64,000 bases of DNA from Octopus sinensis (GCF_006345805.1 NC_043002.1:30442001-30506000); one strand, 5' to 3'; counted from the first letter of the stretch, positions 12,752-24,795 are shown. Notes: generated from the letters alone by a model not told the origin. Program-made: numbers and translations.

Positions 12752-13048
12752 AATACAGTTCTATATTTAAGAGATGAGGTACTATGTACATTATTTACAT
12801 ATGAAGGATATTTGTCCTCATCTTGTTTGTTGTTAACACAACGTTCCGGCTGATATACCTTCCAGCCTACATCAGGTATCTTGGGGGAAATTTCGAACCT
12901 GGGTTTTCATTCCTTAGGTATTTATCGATGTTGCTGTTATTATTATTTTTATTACTATTATTAAGGTCACTGCCTGGAATCGAACTCGGAATCTTGCAGT
13001 TAGTAACCCGCGCTTTTAACCATTATGCTATATGCCCGTGGGCATATA
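12752..13048 (-). mobile_element. tRNA-headed SINE-like element with a hammerhead-bearing 3' half
   Basis: Minus strand: GGGCATATAGCATAATGGTTAAAAGCGCGGGTTACTAA..GAGTTCGATTCC head, an (AAT)n spacer, then a hammerhead motif and a terminal AGATGAGG/CCTCATCT hairpin. Confidence 0.8.
12836..12879 (-). ncRNA. Minimal type-I hammerhead ribozyme motif, two core substitutions
   Basis: ATAC-CTGATGT-A-GGCTG[gaaggtatat]CAGCC-GGAA-CGT-T-GTGT. Perfect 5-bp stem II, stem I pairable, ACGU palindromic stem III; A9>U and A13>G relative to CUGAUGA/GAAA. Confidence 0.7.
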
Positions 13049-13599
13049 TAATTATTTCAAAAACGGTTATTTGGTATCATTTTCAGAATGTTGAAAAAGA
13101 ATACCTTGTGGTATTTATTTGCTCAGGTTCTTCATGCACTGATTCCAAACCACGCAGACTTTGCGCCAGGATCGATAAATACAGTACTGGTCAAGTACAA
13201 GTAACAGTGTAATCGTCTTGTACTCCTACTCTTATAATTACTGCCTTGTGACTAAATGTGAAAACAATTATTTAAATACACTTATCACTCTTCTTTCTCT
13301 CTTTCTCTCTCTCCACTCGATAAATATGCTCCTACTGAGCACTGGGGTTGATGGAGTCGACTATCCCCCACCCCTAAAATATTTCAGGTCTCGCACCTAT
13401 CGTAAAAAATGATTGCCCCTAAGAATACTTTCTTGTACTCCTATCTACCTTTAACTTTCAACTATTAAGTTACAAGTATTTAAATCTATCGTGTTATACT
13501 TCTCGCAACGTCATCCTCACTTTCTGAATTCATCTCTAACTCAACACCTCTTGACTTCTACTTATCTTTATCTCTCCCTCTTTAACAACAGCGTGCTAT

Positions 13600-13834
13600 G
13601 TTCTTTTACTCTTTTACTCTTTTACTTGTTTCAGTCATTTGACTGTGGCCATGCTGGAGCACCACTTTTAGTCGAGCAAATTTACCCCCCACCAGGACTT
13701 ATTCTTTGGAAGCCTAGTACTTATTCTATCCGTCTCTTTTTGTCGAACCGCTAAGTTACGGGGGCGTAAACACACCACCATCGGTTGAAAAGCGATGCTG
13801 GGGGGACAAACACAGACGCACAAACATTTACACA

Positions 13835-13932
<98 letters not shown>

Positions 13933-14100
13933 ATATATATATACGACGGGCTTCTTTCAGTTCTGTCTAACAAATCCACTCACAAGGCTTTGGTCGGCCC
14001 GAGACTATAGTAGAAGACATTTGCCAAAGGTGCCACGTAGTGGGAATGAACACGGAACCATGTGGTTGTTAAGCAAGCTACCTACCACACAACCACCCCT
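13600..14100 (-). mobile_element. SINE family A
   Basis: Full copy with a ~110-bp internal (TA)n tract. Confidence 0.9.
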
Positions 14101-15169
14101 GCACCAACTTATCTACTTTTATTTACTAGCTCTAACGTTCACTCTTTCGCTCAATACTCATTCCTCTCCTCTCACCTTTTTTTTTTATTCTCTGTATTTC
14201 CACAACATCTAACTTAAACTCAAAAAATTGCCTGGGCATATTTATATTTACTCTAACATCTTCCATATCCAACTATTCCTTTTTTATAATCTTTCTATTT
14301 TTCCCTTACACTATTTCTCTCTCTTTCTTTAAACCTCCCCTCTAGTAACCCATTACTTTCTTATTTCAAATTTACATTTATCGATTGTGTTACATCAATT
14401 TTTATTCGAAAAGTAAAAGAAAAAATGGAAGAACATAAGTCGACAGCTCCAGGAGGTCGCGTCAACAGAATTCTCTATATGTTATGCAATTTGGTACTCG
14501 TTCGCACCCCTTTTTTGGTGTCAGTGATCCACTTGCGTGATTGATCAACTTTAGTGACGCGCTTGGTTCGTTTCTTTTTTTACCTTCCTTCAACTTGCTG
14601 CCAGCATTCGTCTGCGTATACCTCACTGAACTGCTTGGCTTTCATTATGATGTATATGACTTCAATCTTTGAGACCTTGCACTCATCAGGCAAGTTATTG
14701 GCTTGTGGTCTTGTGTTTAGTCCCACTGGACGGCATCTTATGCAAGAATTTTCTGCCATCGAGTCGACCAAAGACTTGAGAGTGGATTTAGTCAACGAAA
14801 ACTGAAAGAAGCCCGTCGTATACACACACACATACATACATATACATAATACATACGTACATATGTATGGAAGCATGTATGTATGTACAGTTGGCTGACT
14901 GGTTGACGCGCGTGTGTGTATGTATGTGCATCTTTATGTATGTTGTCCCTCACCACATAGCAGTTCAGCAACGATGACCGACAGAATAAATACAAAGCAA
15001 AAATAATATGAATAAAAATAAATACTAGCGTTGATTTGTTTCGCTGAAACTTTCAAGGAATTGCCCCAGTATTATGCAGTTCAATGGCGAAAACAAGTAA
15101 AAAAAAATAAATAATAATAATCGATAAATAATATGGCATTGGTAAAGAAATTTTACCGGAAGTAATTAC

Positions 15170-16290
15170 AAAGAATGAAATTGTTTCCTGATCTGAAATC
15201 AAATGACGATTTAATAGAAATAATGCGGTCTAATGATACAGAACGAAGACAAACTTTGGGAACTGACGAAGACGATGGCCAACTGGATATTTCAGCATTC
15301 AGAATTTAACCACTGGAAACGACTCACATCCTAAACTTAACAGAGCTGTCAATATATATCAGATATTGATACTATAACGTTGTGGCATCAATATTTACTA
15401 TTTTATCGATCGTTTGATGGGTGTACAGCGGACGAGGTTAACTTTTCAGAAGATGGAGGGATTTTCTTTGAGCGGGAAGGGGTTAACGGTTTGGTGTTGC
15501 AATGAAATGACTGTGGTTGAGTGAATACCGACGGAGCTGCGGTCTTGACAGGAGATTTCAAGTTAAAATTTCAAGATGGATTTCAAGTTAAAATCAGATC
15601 TACCTTTAATACACATCCTATTTTTGCACGATATATTGGATTCAAATTTTGGCATAAGACCAGCAATTTCAGGGCAGAAGTAAGTCAATTACATCGACCC
15701 CAACTGGTACTTTTTTTATCGACCTCAAAAGGATGAAAGGCAAAGTCGATCTCGGTGACTTTCGAACTCAGTAGGTTAAGTCGGGAAAAATGCCGCAAAC
15801 CAATTTTTCCCGCGTTTTAACGATTCTGCTGCCACCTTCTTTTCAAATTTTGGCACAAGGCTAGGAGGGGTGTGTGTCGATTATATCAACGGCAGTGCTC
15901 AACTGGTACAAATTTTATCGACCCCGAGAGGATGAATGACAAAGTCTTCTTCGGCGAAATTTGAACTCAGAATGTAAAGACGGCGAAATGCCGCGAAGCA
16001 ATTTGCCCAGCGTGCTAACGATTCTGTCAGCTAGCGGCCTTATTTTGCATGATATATTGGCAGTCATACCTAGCCATGAAAACTACTCCTGATTTCAATG
16101 CGGTTATACAAGATGCTGTTAAAGCTACCGACTTCATTAAAACCCGTGCACTTAATGGCTACCTTTAGGCAAATCTATGTGATGAAATGGGATCCTATTT
16201 TAACGCACTTTTACTGCTTATAGAAGTGCATTGGGTGTCAAAAGCATAAACTCAGAGACGGCTGTTAGTGTTGAAAAATAAATGAAGGGA
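15170..16290 (+). pseudogene. hAT (Charlie/GTF2IRD2-like) transposase remnant
   Basis: Collinear motifs SNDT.RR, YIRY, NTDGAAVLTG..GFQVKI, then after the SINE insertions LAMKT..DAVKA.DFIK.RALN..LCDEMGS..LLL..EV.W.SK. Confidence 0.8.
15620..16045 (-). mobile_element. Two tandem SINE family B copies, tail type 2, inserted in the hAT relic
   Basis: Two copies of GGCACAAG..CGACCCC..AAAGGATGAAAGGCAAAGTCGA..GAACTCAG. Confidence 0.8.
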
Positions 16291-16329
16291 AAATTATATT
16301 CCATTCCGAAAATAACTCAGATACTGCCC

Positions 16330-16610
<281 letters not shown>

Positions 16611-16929
16611 GAAATGAAAATTGGTTGCTAAAATTATGACATTTGTCAGATTTGTTTGGTATCGGGTGTGTGGATAGCGGTGAGACAGTCGGGTAAAAAC
16701 AAAAAAACAAAAACAACCTCTGTTCATAGTAATTATGATTTATATGGCTATACTTTATAACACATTATACGCACAAAGACACACATACGCACACAAACAC
16801 GAATATTTGTATATGATTTTATTGAAAGTGACCTCGAAGTATCGCCAAGTATGCTGCCTATTCACAGTATGAATAAGCCACATACTTAACAACTCTAAGT
16901 ATGTGTCAGTGCCAATAAAATTATTATAT

Positions 16930-17340
16930 ATATTCTTTTACTCTTTTACTTGTTTCGGTAGTTTGACTGTGGCCATGCTGGAGCACCGCCTTTAGTCGAG
17001 CAAATCGACGCCAGGACTTATTCTTTGTAAGCTTAGTACTTATTCTATCGGTCTCTTTTGCCGAACCACTAAGTTACGCGGCCGTAAACACACCAGCATC
17101 GGTTGTCAAGTGATTTTGGGGGAACAATCACAGACACACAAACATACATACACACATATATGTATATATATATACATATATACAGCGGGTTTCTTTCAGT
17201 TTCCATCGATCAAATCCACTCACAAGACATTGGTCGGCCCGAGGATATGTTAGAAGACACTTGCCCAAGGTGCCACGCAGTGGGACTGAACCCGGAACCA
17301 TGTGGTTTTTAAGCAAGCTACTTATCACACAGCCATTCCT
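16930..17340 (-). mobile_element. SINE family A
   Basis: Both arms and tail present. Confidence 0.9.
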
Positions 17341-17659
17341 ACAATTGTATTAGACACTACAATTGTATTGAGTGCATCATTTAATCAATGTTTGTTAATT
17401 TTATGTAGTCACTCTTATTTTAAGCTATATATGTGTACATACATACATACGCATATTCATATGCACATAAAATACATAGTGTATCCGCGCATGTGCGTGC
17501 GTGTGTGTGTGAGTGTTTGTATCTGTGAATGTGTGTGTTTGCGCACGCGCGTATAATTTGCTTCTGTGTAGCTAACTTCCTGTTTGACAATATATTTGAC
17601 CGTCTGCATATTTCTATATCTCAGGATATATGGTATTAAGTTTCACTGTATTTTTCTAT

Positions 17660-17678
17660 ACATCTCAAACGATATCTG

Positions 17679-17715
<37 letters not shown>

Positions 17716-17902
17716 ATCTATCTATCTATCTATCTATATATCTATCCCCAAAAGAAAAGCTTTGTCATGTAATTTGTCCTGTCTGTGTGCAGCCCTGTGT
17801 GGCTAATAAAGAAACATATCTATCTATCTGTCTGTCTGCCTGCCCGCCTGTTTGTGTATATGTCTATCTATCTATCTATATCTATCTATCTATCTATCTA
17901 TC

Positions 17903-17941
<39 letters not shown>

Positions 17942-18045
17942 GTCTGTCTGTCTGTCTGTCTGTCTGTATGTATGTATGTATGTCTGTCTGTCTGTCTGTC
18001 TGTGTAACTATCTATTTACCTAATTATCTTTGTATCTCTCTGTAA
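17660..18045. repeat. (CTAT)n/(CTGT)n tetranucleotide microsatellite
   Basis: Seen directly. Confidence 0.95.
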
Positions 18046-19381
18046 TTAACCATCCAGCCCTACAAACACAATCACACACAAACACTCACACATACACAGT
18101 CATTATATCCACGTATGTATGTAGGTACGTTCATATGCATGTACTGCATTTGTATGTACGTATGTATGTGTGTGCGTGCGCGCTTGTGTGCGTATATCTA
18201 CATATGTACGTGTGTATATGCATATACACATAATATATTTACAACTATCATCCTCCCCATGCCAATCTCAAACCCTCATTCAGTAAACTATCTAGCCTGT
18301 GTCTTTTATTTTGATTCCACCCTAACCAGTTACCCCTCCCTCACATTCTCCAGCAGCCTCACACGTACCAAACCTTCCCATCCACTAATATCTTGCCGTC
18401 ATATTTCATTTCAATTACCGCTCAGCAGGACCTTAACTCTATGTTTCCATAACAACGTTGCCATAGTGTGTGTCCATTGACTCTCCTGTTTAACCTTGTT
18501 CGTTAAACACGAGGAAACACTTAATATCGCAACAGTGGGTGGGGGTCTTTACTTACGTCGTTGATCGGCATTTTTGCGTGTGCATATTTAGGTGGTTTGT
18601 ACATGCATATACAGCGCATGTTGAGTAAGTAGCTATATGTATATGGAAATATATATTTTTCGCGCTTTCCTCCCCTCTTTCTCGCGCTCTTCCTCTCTCG
18701 GTTTTACTTTATCTGTATATGGGCATTTGTGTCTGTGTGCTTAAGTACAAGTATAGAAGGCTAGAAATAGCTACCTTTAAGAAAGAGCATTTTCGGTTCT
18801 CTGTATATTTGTATATGTCTTTTGTAATATTACCTAATATATGTATTTCAAATATTAACCTTTTGGAATATATGCGAACCATCATCTCTGTATAATCCTA
18901 TATTAAATGCATTAAACACTTTACTGGGTATATTTAGAGAATATAGGCATTGGTTATAGATATAGATAGATAGACCCACACCACACACACACACACATAC
19001 ACAAACACACAATAATAAAAACAATAATCATTGGATGGAATTTATAAACACTTAATGAATCGCTACGCGCGTTTCACAGCAGTGCATGGAGGTAAAATAG
19101 GAGCATGTGATTATTAGGTTCTAACACCAAATTATTAGTATATATACGTACATACATATATGTTTGTGTTTGTGCACTGACGTTAACTGTTGAGTCCCAG
19201 TGGTTCCCAAAATTGATATCAATAAAAGAAAATAACATAATTATTGGTGTCAATATGACTAAGAGCAGAAAGAACACATATACAAACACATACACTCAAA
19301 CACACACACACACGCATATATATGCGTGTGTGTGTGTAGTTAAAATTTTCAGAAAAACCAAAGACGAAGACAAATGTATAA

Positions 19382-19711
19382 AGTATAAGTGTTCTTAAGG
19401 TCGCTCTGCTAGGAAGATTCCAAGCGAACCCAACCGCAGATACTAGACCACGCTCAATAAGGGTAATCTTTTCTTCTGATCGGGAGGCTTCAGTCTTTCT
19501 GAACAGAGCTCAGACGCATGCCTGGGAGGACCCCAATATGGGTTTTCGCGAGGAATACTCACTAAGAGAGAGAATTCGCCGGAGGAACCTGATATCCGAG
19601 CTAAAGATGAGGAAACAAATGGGAGAGAAGGGTTTACGAATCCAAGATGGACAGATAATCAAGTCCTACCTCTGGTCCCATGCTGTAGTGCTGACAGGGA
19701 AAGTGATGTAA
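19382..19711 (+). pseudogene. LINE ORF1 C-terminal fragment, open frame of 109 codons
   Basis: LGRF..RPRSIRVIFSS..RERIRRRNLISELKMRKQMGEKGLRIQDGQII..* resembles the C-terminal region of CR1/L2-group ORF1p; truncated at the insertion junction. Confidence 0.75.
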
Positions 19712-19809
19712 GGGCAAATCGAAGTGAAGTTGATACCCCCGTCAACGATGCTATCTCTGATGCCCTTTATTCTGCTTGTTCCCCAACTCCCGCCCCTCAG
19801 ACTTCACAG

Positions 19810-22598
19810 CTCAGCATCGTCTACACCAACTCGTGCTCCTTATTCCCAAAGTTCAGTGAACTATTTACACTGGCCCTACGCGACTCCCCTGATGTCATAG
19901 CTATCACCGAGACTTGGCTGACTCCAGCAGTAAAGGACTCAGAGATCCACCTGCAGGGCTACGTCCTTTTCAGATGTGACAGAGGAGGAAAAGGCGAGGT
20001 GGAGGTGTTGCTGTGTATGTTAAGTCTGAGCACAAACCGTCCTGCGGTATTCTACCCACAAATGCTCAACCTACAACCAAATTCGATGCCGTCTATTGCA
20101 AGCTGAGCCTATCTGAGTTTTGCCTGCCCGTGTTGGCTGTCTACAGGCCGCCTCTAGCCGACCCCCAGGACGATGCTCATCTACTCGAAGCGATAAGATT
20201 CGTTTCAGCTTCGCATGACTGCTTGGTACTAGGCGACTTCAACGCTCCCACGATCGATTGGCCAGCATCAATTTGTACAACATCTTCCCGGTTCGGCCAG
20301 GCCCTTCTTGACGTGGCTGAAGATTGTTTTCTATCGCAACATGTTGAATATCCGACAAGGCATCGGTCTGGGCAGCAGCCATCTATGCTAGATCTGGTAT
20401 TCTCCCGCTATCCAAGATCAGTGTCAGATGTATCTGTGTGCGCCCCTCTTGCCAAGAGTGATCATGCGGTCCTGAAGTTCGTCATGCACACAACTTTTTC
20501 CACGCCCACGATTACTTCGCTGCCACGTAGAGTCTTCTCTGCAATTAATCTTGAAATTCTAACCGAGGCTTCCGCGCTTCTGGACTGGCGTTCCCTGATG
20601 ACGTTGTCCTCAGTTGACGAACTATGGTCATCCCTCAAAGCATATGTAATCTGTTTGACTGACCAGGCAGTTCCCGTTGGACTTCCCAAGAGGAAGAAAC
20701 ACAATCCCTGGGTGACGAAGAAGGTTAAACGAGAACGTCGACTCAGAGATATTGCTTGGGCTGAATTCAAAAATCTGGATTCGACTGCAGCTTTTGAGGT
20801 GTACAAAACTCAACGAGACCGAGCCGTGAAAATTGAAAAGAAAGAACGCTTCAGTTATGAATACAAAATCGCGGCAAATGCCAGTAGCAATCCAAAAACC
20901 TTCTTTGCTCATGTCCAGCGGAATTCCCGCTTGAACAACCAGATTGCAACGTTGGTAGACTCAACAGGCGTATCGATTGAGGACCCTTATCAACAGAGTC
21001 AATTATTTGCCGAGGCTTTTTCAACTATTTTCAAACAAGATGATGGTCGTGAACCCCCTCCATTTGATAGATCGGTACCTCCAATGCTTCGATTGATCAT
21101 CACGCGGGACCAAGTCAAACGTGTTATTCAAGGCCTCGATGTCAACAAGGGTCACGGCCCTGACGGCATACACCCACGGGTTATCAAAGCGTTGGCTCCG
21201 GTCATCTGCGAGCCCTTAACACGACTATTCAATATGTCATTGGCGACGGGTGTTATACCTGCAGACTGGAGAACAGCGATAATCTGCCCAATTTTCAAGA
21301 AAGGGAGCCGCGAAGACCCGCTAAACTACCGACCGGTTTCCCTTACATCAATAATCAGCAAGATGTTCGAAACCATCCTTAAGAAAAGTATGATGCTCCA
21401 CCTCCTAAACACAGCCTCGATCACTGATTCCCAACACGGCTTCGTGCCGAAGAGATCATGCTTGACCAACTTACTAGTAATGGAATAATTGGTGACGCGC
21501 ATCCTCGATGATAGTGATGCTGTTGACATCGTTTTATTGGACTTTGCCAAAGCTTTTGACTCGGTAAACCACCGCCTACTACTTGTCAAGCTTCAAGCAT
21601 ATAGTTTCCATCCGGATATTGTACGATGGGTTGGTGCCTTCTTCTCAGATCGCTCCTTCCAAGTTCAAGTTAATGGTTCGCGGTCCGACGTCTCCAGTGC
21701 GAGCAGTGGCGTGCCTCAAGGTTCAGTGCTTGGGCCCTTGTTGTTCTTAGTCTTCATAAATGACTTGCCCGACGACCTCACGCAACACACCCTTCTATTT
21801 GCCGACGATATCAAACTGGTCGCTCCTCGCGGTAGTATAGAGGATCTTCGTCGATGCCTCCACCAAATTTGGAAGTGGTCTAACGATTGGGACCTGTGTC
21901 TGAACGTGTCAAAGTGCTGTCATCTGCCTGTCGGCTCTACTCCTGTAACTCAACTTGATTTCGAGCCGGGTCGTCTGCTGCTGGAGAGGACCGATCAGGT
22001 AAAGGACCTGGGTATCTTGGTGGATTCCTCCTTTTCGCCTTCGGCCCAGTGCGTCCATGCTGCCAACAAAGCGCGCGGAATTCTGTTTTTGATTCGACGG
22101 TCATTCGGAATGCTCACAGCAGCCATATTCCTGCCACTCTATGTCACGCTGGTGAGACCCATATTGGAGTATGGGATTCAAGCCTCTTCTCCTTATCTCC
22201 TCAAAGACATACAGCACCTCGAAAGAGTCGAGAGGCTGGCTACCCGCATGGTTCATGGTCTCAAAAATTTGTCCTACGAAGAAAGGCTGAGGACGCTCGA
22301 CCTTTATTCTCTTGAAAAACGCCGCCGCCGTGGTGATCTCATTCTCGCCCACAACATCATAAGCGGGAAGTGTAACCTCTCGAAAGAGCTGTTCTTCACT
22401 CCTGCTCCGGAGCGTCGGCTGCGGGGTCATTCCGAAAAGCTCTACCTGCGACGATTTCATCTCAATCGAAGGAGAGGAGCTTTCTCCGTCCGGGTTGCGG
22501 ATCCGTGGAACAAGCTGCCAGACGAGATGGTGAAGATGCCGACGACCGCTTTGTTCAAAGCCTCCCTGGACCTCAAGTGGCCTGAACTCTTTACATGA
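19810..22598 (+). pseudogene. LINE ORF2 (AP endonuclease + reverse transcriptase) with one frameshift and one stop
   Basis: APE motifs IVYTN, AITETWL, RGGGVAVYV, GDFN, LDLVF, SDH. RT motifs YRPVSLTS, QHGF, LDFAKAFD, GVPQGSVLGP, FADD. Frameshift at ~19993; TAA at 21486-21488 in LLVME*LVT. Confidence 0.95.
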
Positions 22599-22736
22599 AC
22601 ACCACCCTGTACTTAACTCCATGTCCCCCTACATGGCCTTGCTATTTGCTTTTGAGCCAAATTAACTAACTAACTAACTAACTAACTAAACAACAAGCAG
22701 GCATATTAGTTTGTCGCTCGGGAAGCTGAAAAAGTA

Positions 22737-22772
22737 TTTTACGTTTCGAACCTTCGTTTTTCATCAGAAAAG
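22737..22772 (-). ncRNA. Minimal hammerhead motif with intact CUGAUGA and GAAA cores
   Basis: Minus strand TTTT-CTGATGA-AA-AAC[gaag]GTT-C-GAAA-CGT-A-AAA. Stem II is weakened relative to the family GAGC[gtag]GCTC seen at 34742. Confidence 0.6.
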
Positions 22773-22974
22773 AATGCGAGGAAATAAACAGAGAAACAAT
22801 AAAAAAAACTTTGGGACAAAATAAAAAAAAAAAGAATGCGCACGTACAAAAAATCACTTATCGCACTTTGTATATATATATATATAAAATTCATAAACAC
22901 ACACACACTCACACACACAACACACATATATAATTCATATACATACACACATACGTACATATATATAAAATACA

Positions 22975-23330
22975 CAGGACTTCACCAATGAGTGAATAAT
23001 ATGTAAACAAAACACATAACGAGAGACAAGTACGGGACGAAATACCAAAAGAAGTCTAACCCTTCCTCAGTTGTCGACTGTTAATTGCTCCCTATTTCGA
23101 TCTTTCAATGACAAGAGAGGAAACCTTTATAAAACAGCAGCATCCAGAAATTTTGGAAACATAAAATTTGTGAAAATTTAGAGCTTCGAACGAACAAACA
23201 ACGACAGAATGGACGCACAGACTAAGCAGTCGACGAAGACATATATTAAGGGCCTTTAGGCCAAGGGGCATTTTAATGGGTAACACCTGGGAGAAATTTT
23301 GAAAGGACATGGAATAAATAGAAGAGAAGA
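22975..23330 (-). mobile_element. (TA)n-associated interspersed repeat, possibly a Penelope-like 3' end
   Basis: Shares CCCTTC(C/T)TCAGT and CAGGAC motifs with 1068-1565; coding remnants are weak. Confidence 0.35.
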
Positions 23331-23620
23331 AAATAGTAGAACAGTAAAAAGAGAGAGAGAAATGTCGGGAGGCGAGAAAAATGACGCCCAGCTATATGGC
23401 CGTTGCGTCCAGAAAAGACAGAAGTAAGAGAAGTGACCTGTAGTAACGTGGGAGAAAACAGGCAGAGGAGAAGGAGAAGAAGAGAGAAGATGAGGGAAAG
23501 AAACAAAGGGTGTTCCTAGAAGGGAGACAGAAGTAAAGCTAGTAGGGAGTGGTAGAAAGATAGACAGGATGTGAGAAACGGAAATAAAGAGGATTATGGA
23601 GAGAGATAGAAAATAAGAAA

Positions 23621-23664
<44 letters not shown>

Positions 23665-24329
23665 AAAAGAATGAAAGAAAAAAGAAAAAAAAACGAAAGA
23701 ATGAAAGAAAAGAACTGAGTGCAGAGTCGCAGACATTATAAATAAAAGTAGAAACTTACTGCAGACAAGGCTGCATGGCGTTCGATTATAAATTAAAAAT
23801 AATAATAAAATACATGCAGTACAGGACATCATCGACGAGTGAAAAATAGGTAAAAACAAAGGAGATAATTACATGAGAAAATACCAAAAAAAAACCAAAA
23901 AAAAACATCCTTTCTCTAATACTAATACTAATATCTTGGTGATATAATTCAAAACAAAGCGTCGGTCGAGTACAATGCAATAATAAGAAACTTAATGAAC
24001 GATAAGTGAAAGAGAGATTGTATCATGAACGTTATGTAATATAGCGTTTTTAAAGTTCCAATGAAGCTACCGAGTGATACAGAAGCATACAATTATTAAG
24101 GGAACTGAAAGGAGCTCGTCGTATAACGTGTGTGTGTGTGCCTTTGTGTCTGTTTGTTCCTGCATCACCCCTTGACCGCTGGTGTTGGTCTGTTTATGTT
24201 CCAGTAATCTAGCAGTTCGGCAAAACAGAACGATAGAATAAGTACTAAGCTGAAGAAAAATAAGTACAAGGATCCATTTGTTCGAGTATATCACCGCAGG
24301 CAAGAGACTGAAACAAAACAATATATATC

Positions 24330-24543
24330 TCTCTTTTACTTGTTTCAGTCATTTGACTGCGGCCATGCTGGAGCACCGCCTTTAATCGAGCAACTCGACC
24401 CCGGGACTTATTCTTTGTAAGCCTAGTACTTATTCTCTCGGTCTCTTTTGCCGAACCGCTAAGTTACGGAGACGTTGTCCAGCGATGGTGGGGAGAGGGG
24501 CAAACACAGACGCACAAATACATACATACACACTCACATATAC

Positions 24544-24588
<45 letters not shown>

Positions 24589-24750
24589 ACGGGTAACTTT
24601 CAACTTCCGTCTACCGAATCCACTCGCAAGGCATCGGTCGGCTCGAGGCTATATAGTATGAGATACTTGCCCGAGGTGCCTCGCAGTAGGACTGAACCCA
24701 TAGCCATGTGGTTGTGAAGGAAACTTCTTACCACGCAGCCACTGCGCCTA
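24330..24750 (-). mobile_element. SINE family A
   Basis: Both arms present around a (TA/CA)n tract. Confidence 0.9.
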
Positions 24751-24795
24751 TATACATACATTTGTGTGTGTGTGTGTGTGTGTGTATATAAATAA

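Larger units (their letters stand above)
19382..22688 (+). mobile_element. CR1-clade LINE, 5'-truncated, nearly intact
   Basis: ORF1 C-terminus plus APE endonuclease-RT ORF2, short 3' UTR with a CCATGT/ACATGG hairpin and a (CTAA)n tail; sharp GC rise at both junctions. Confidence 0.95.

Noticed and set aside
20013-22598. Treating the 491-aa and 369-aa ORFs as two host genes
   Set aside because: They are in the same frame, separated by one TAA within a conserved RT segment; together they are a single LINE ORF2.
22101-22622. 173-aa antisense ORF over the LINE RT
   Set aside because: Shadow ORF expected in GC-rich coding DNA; no recognisable motif.
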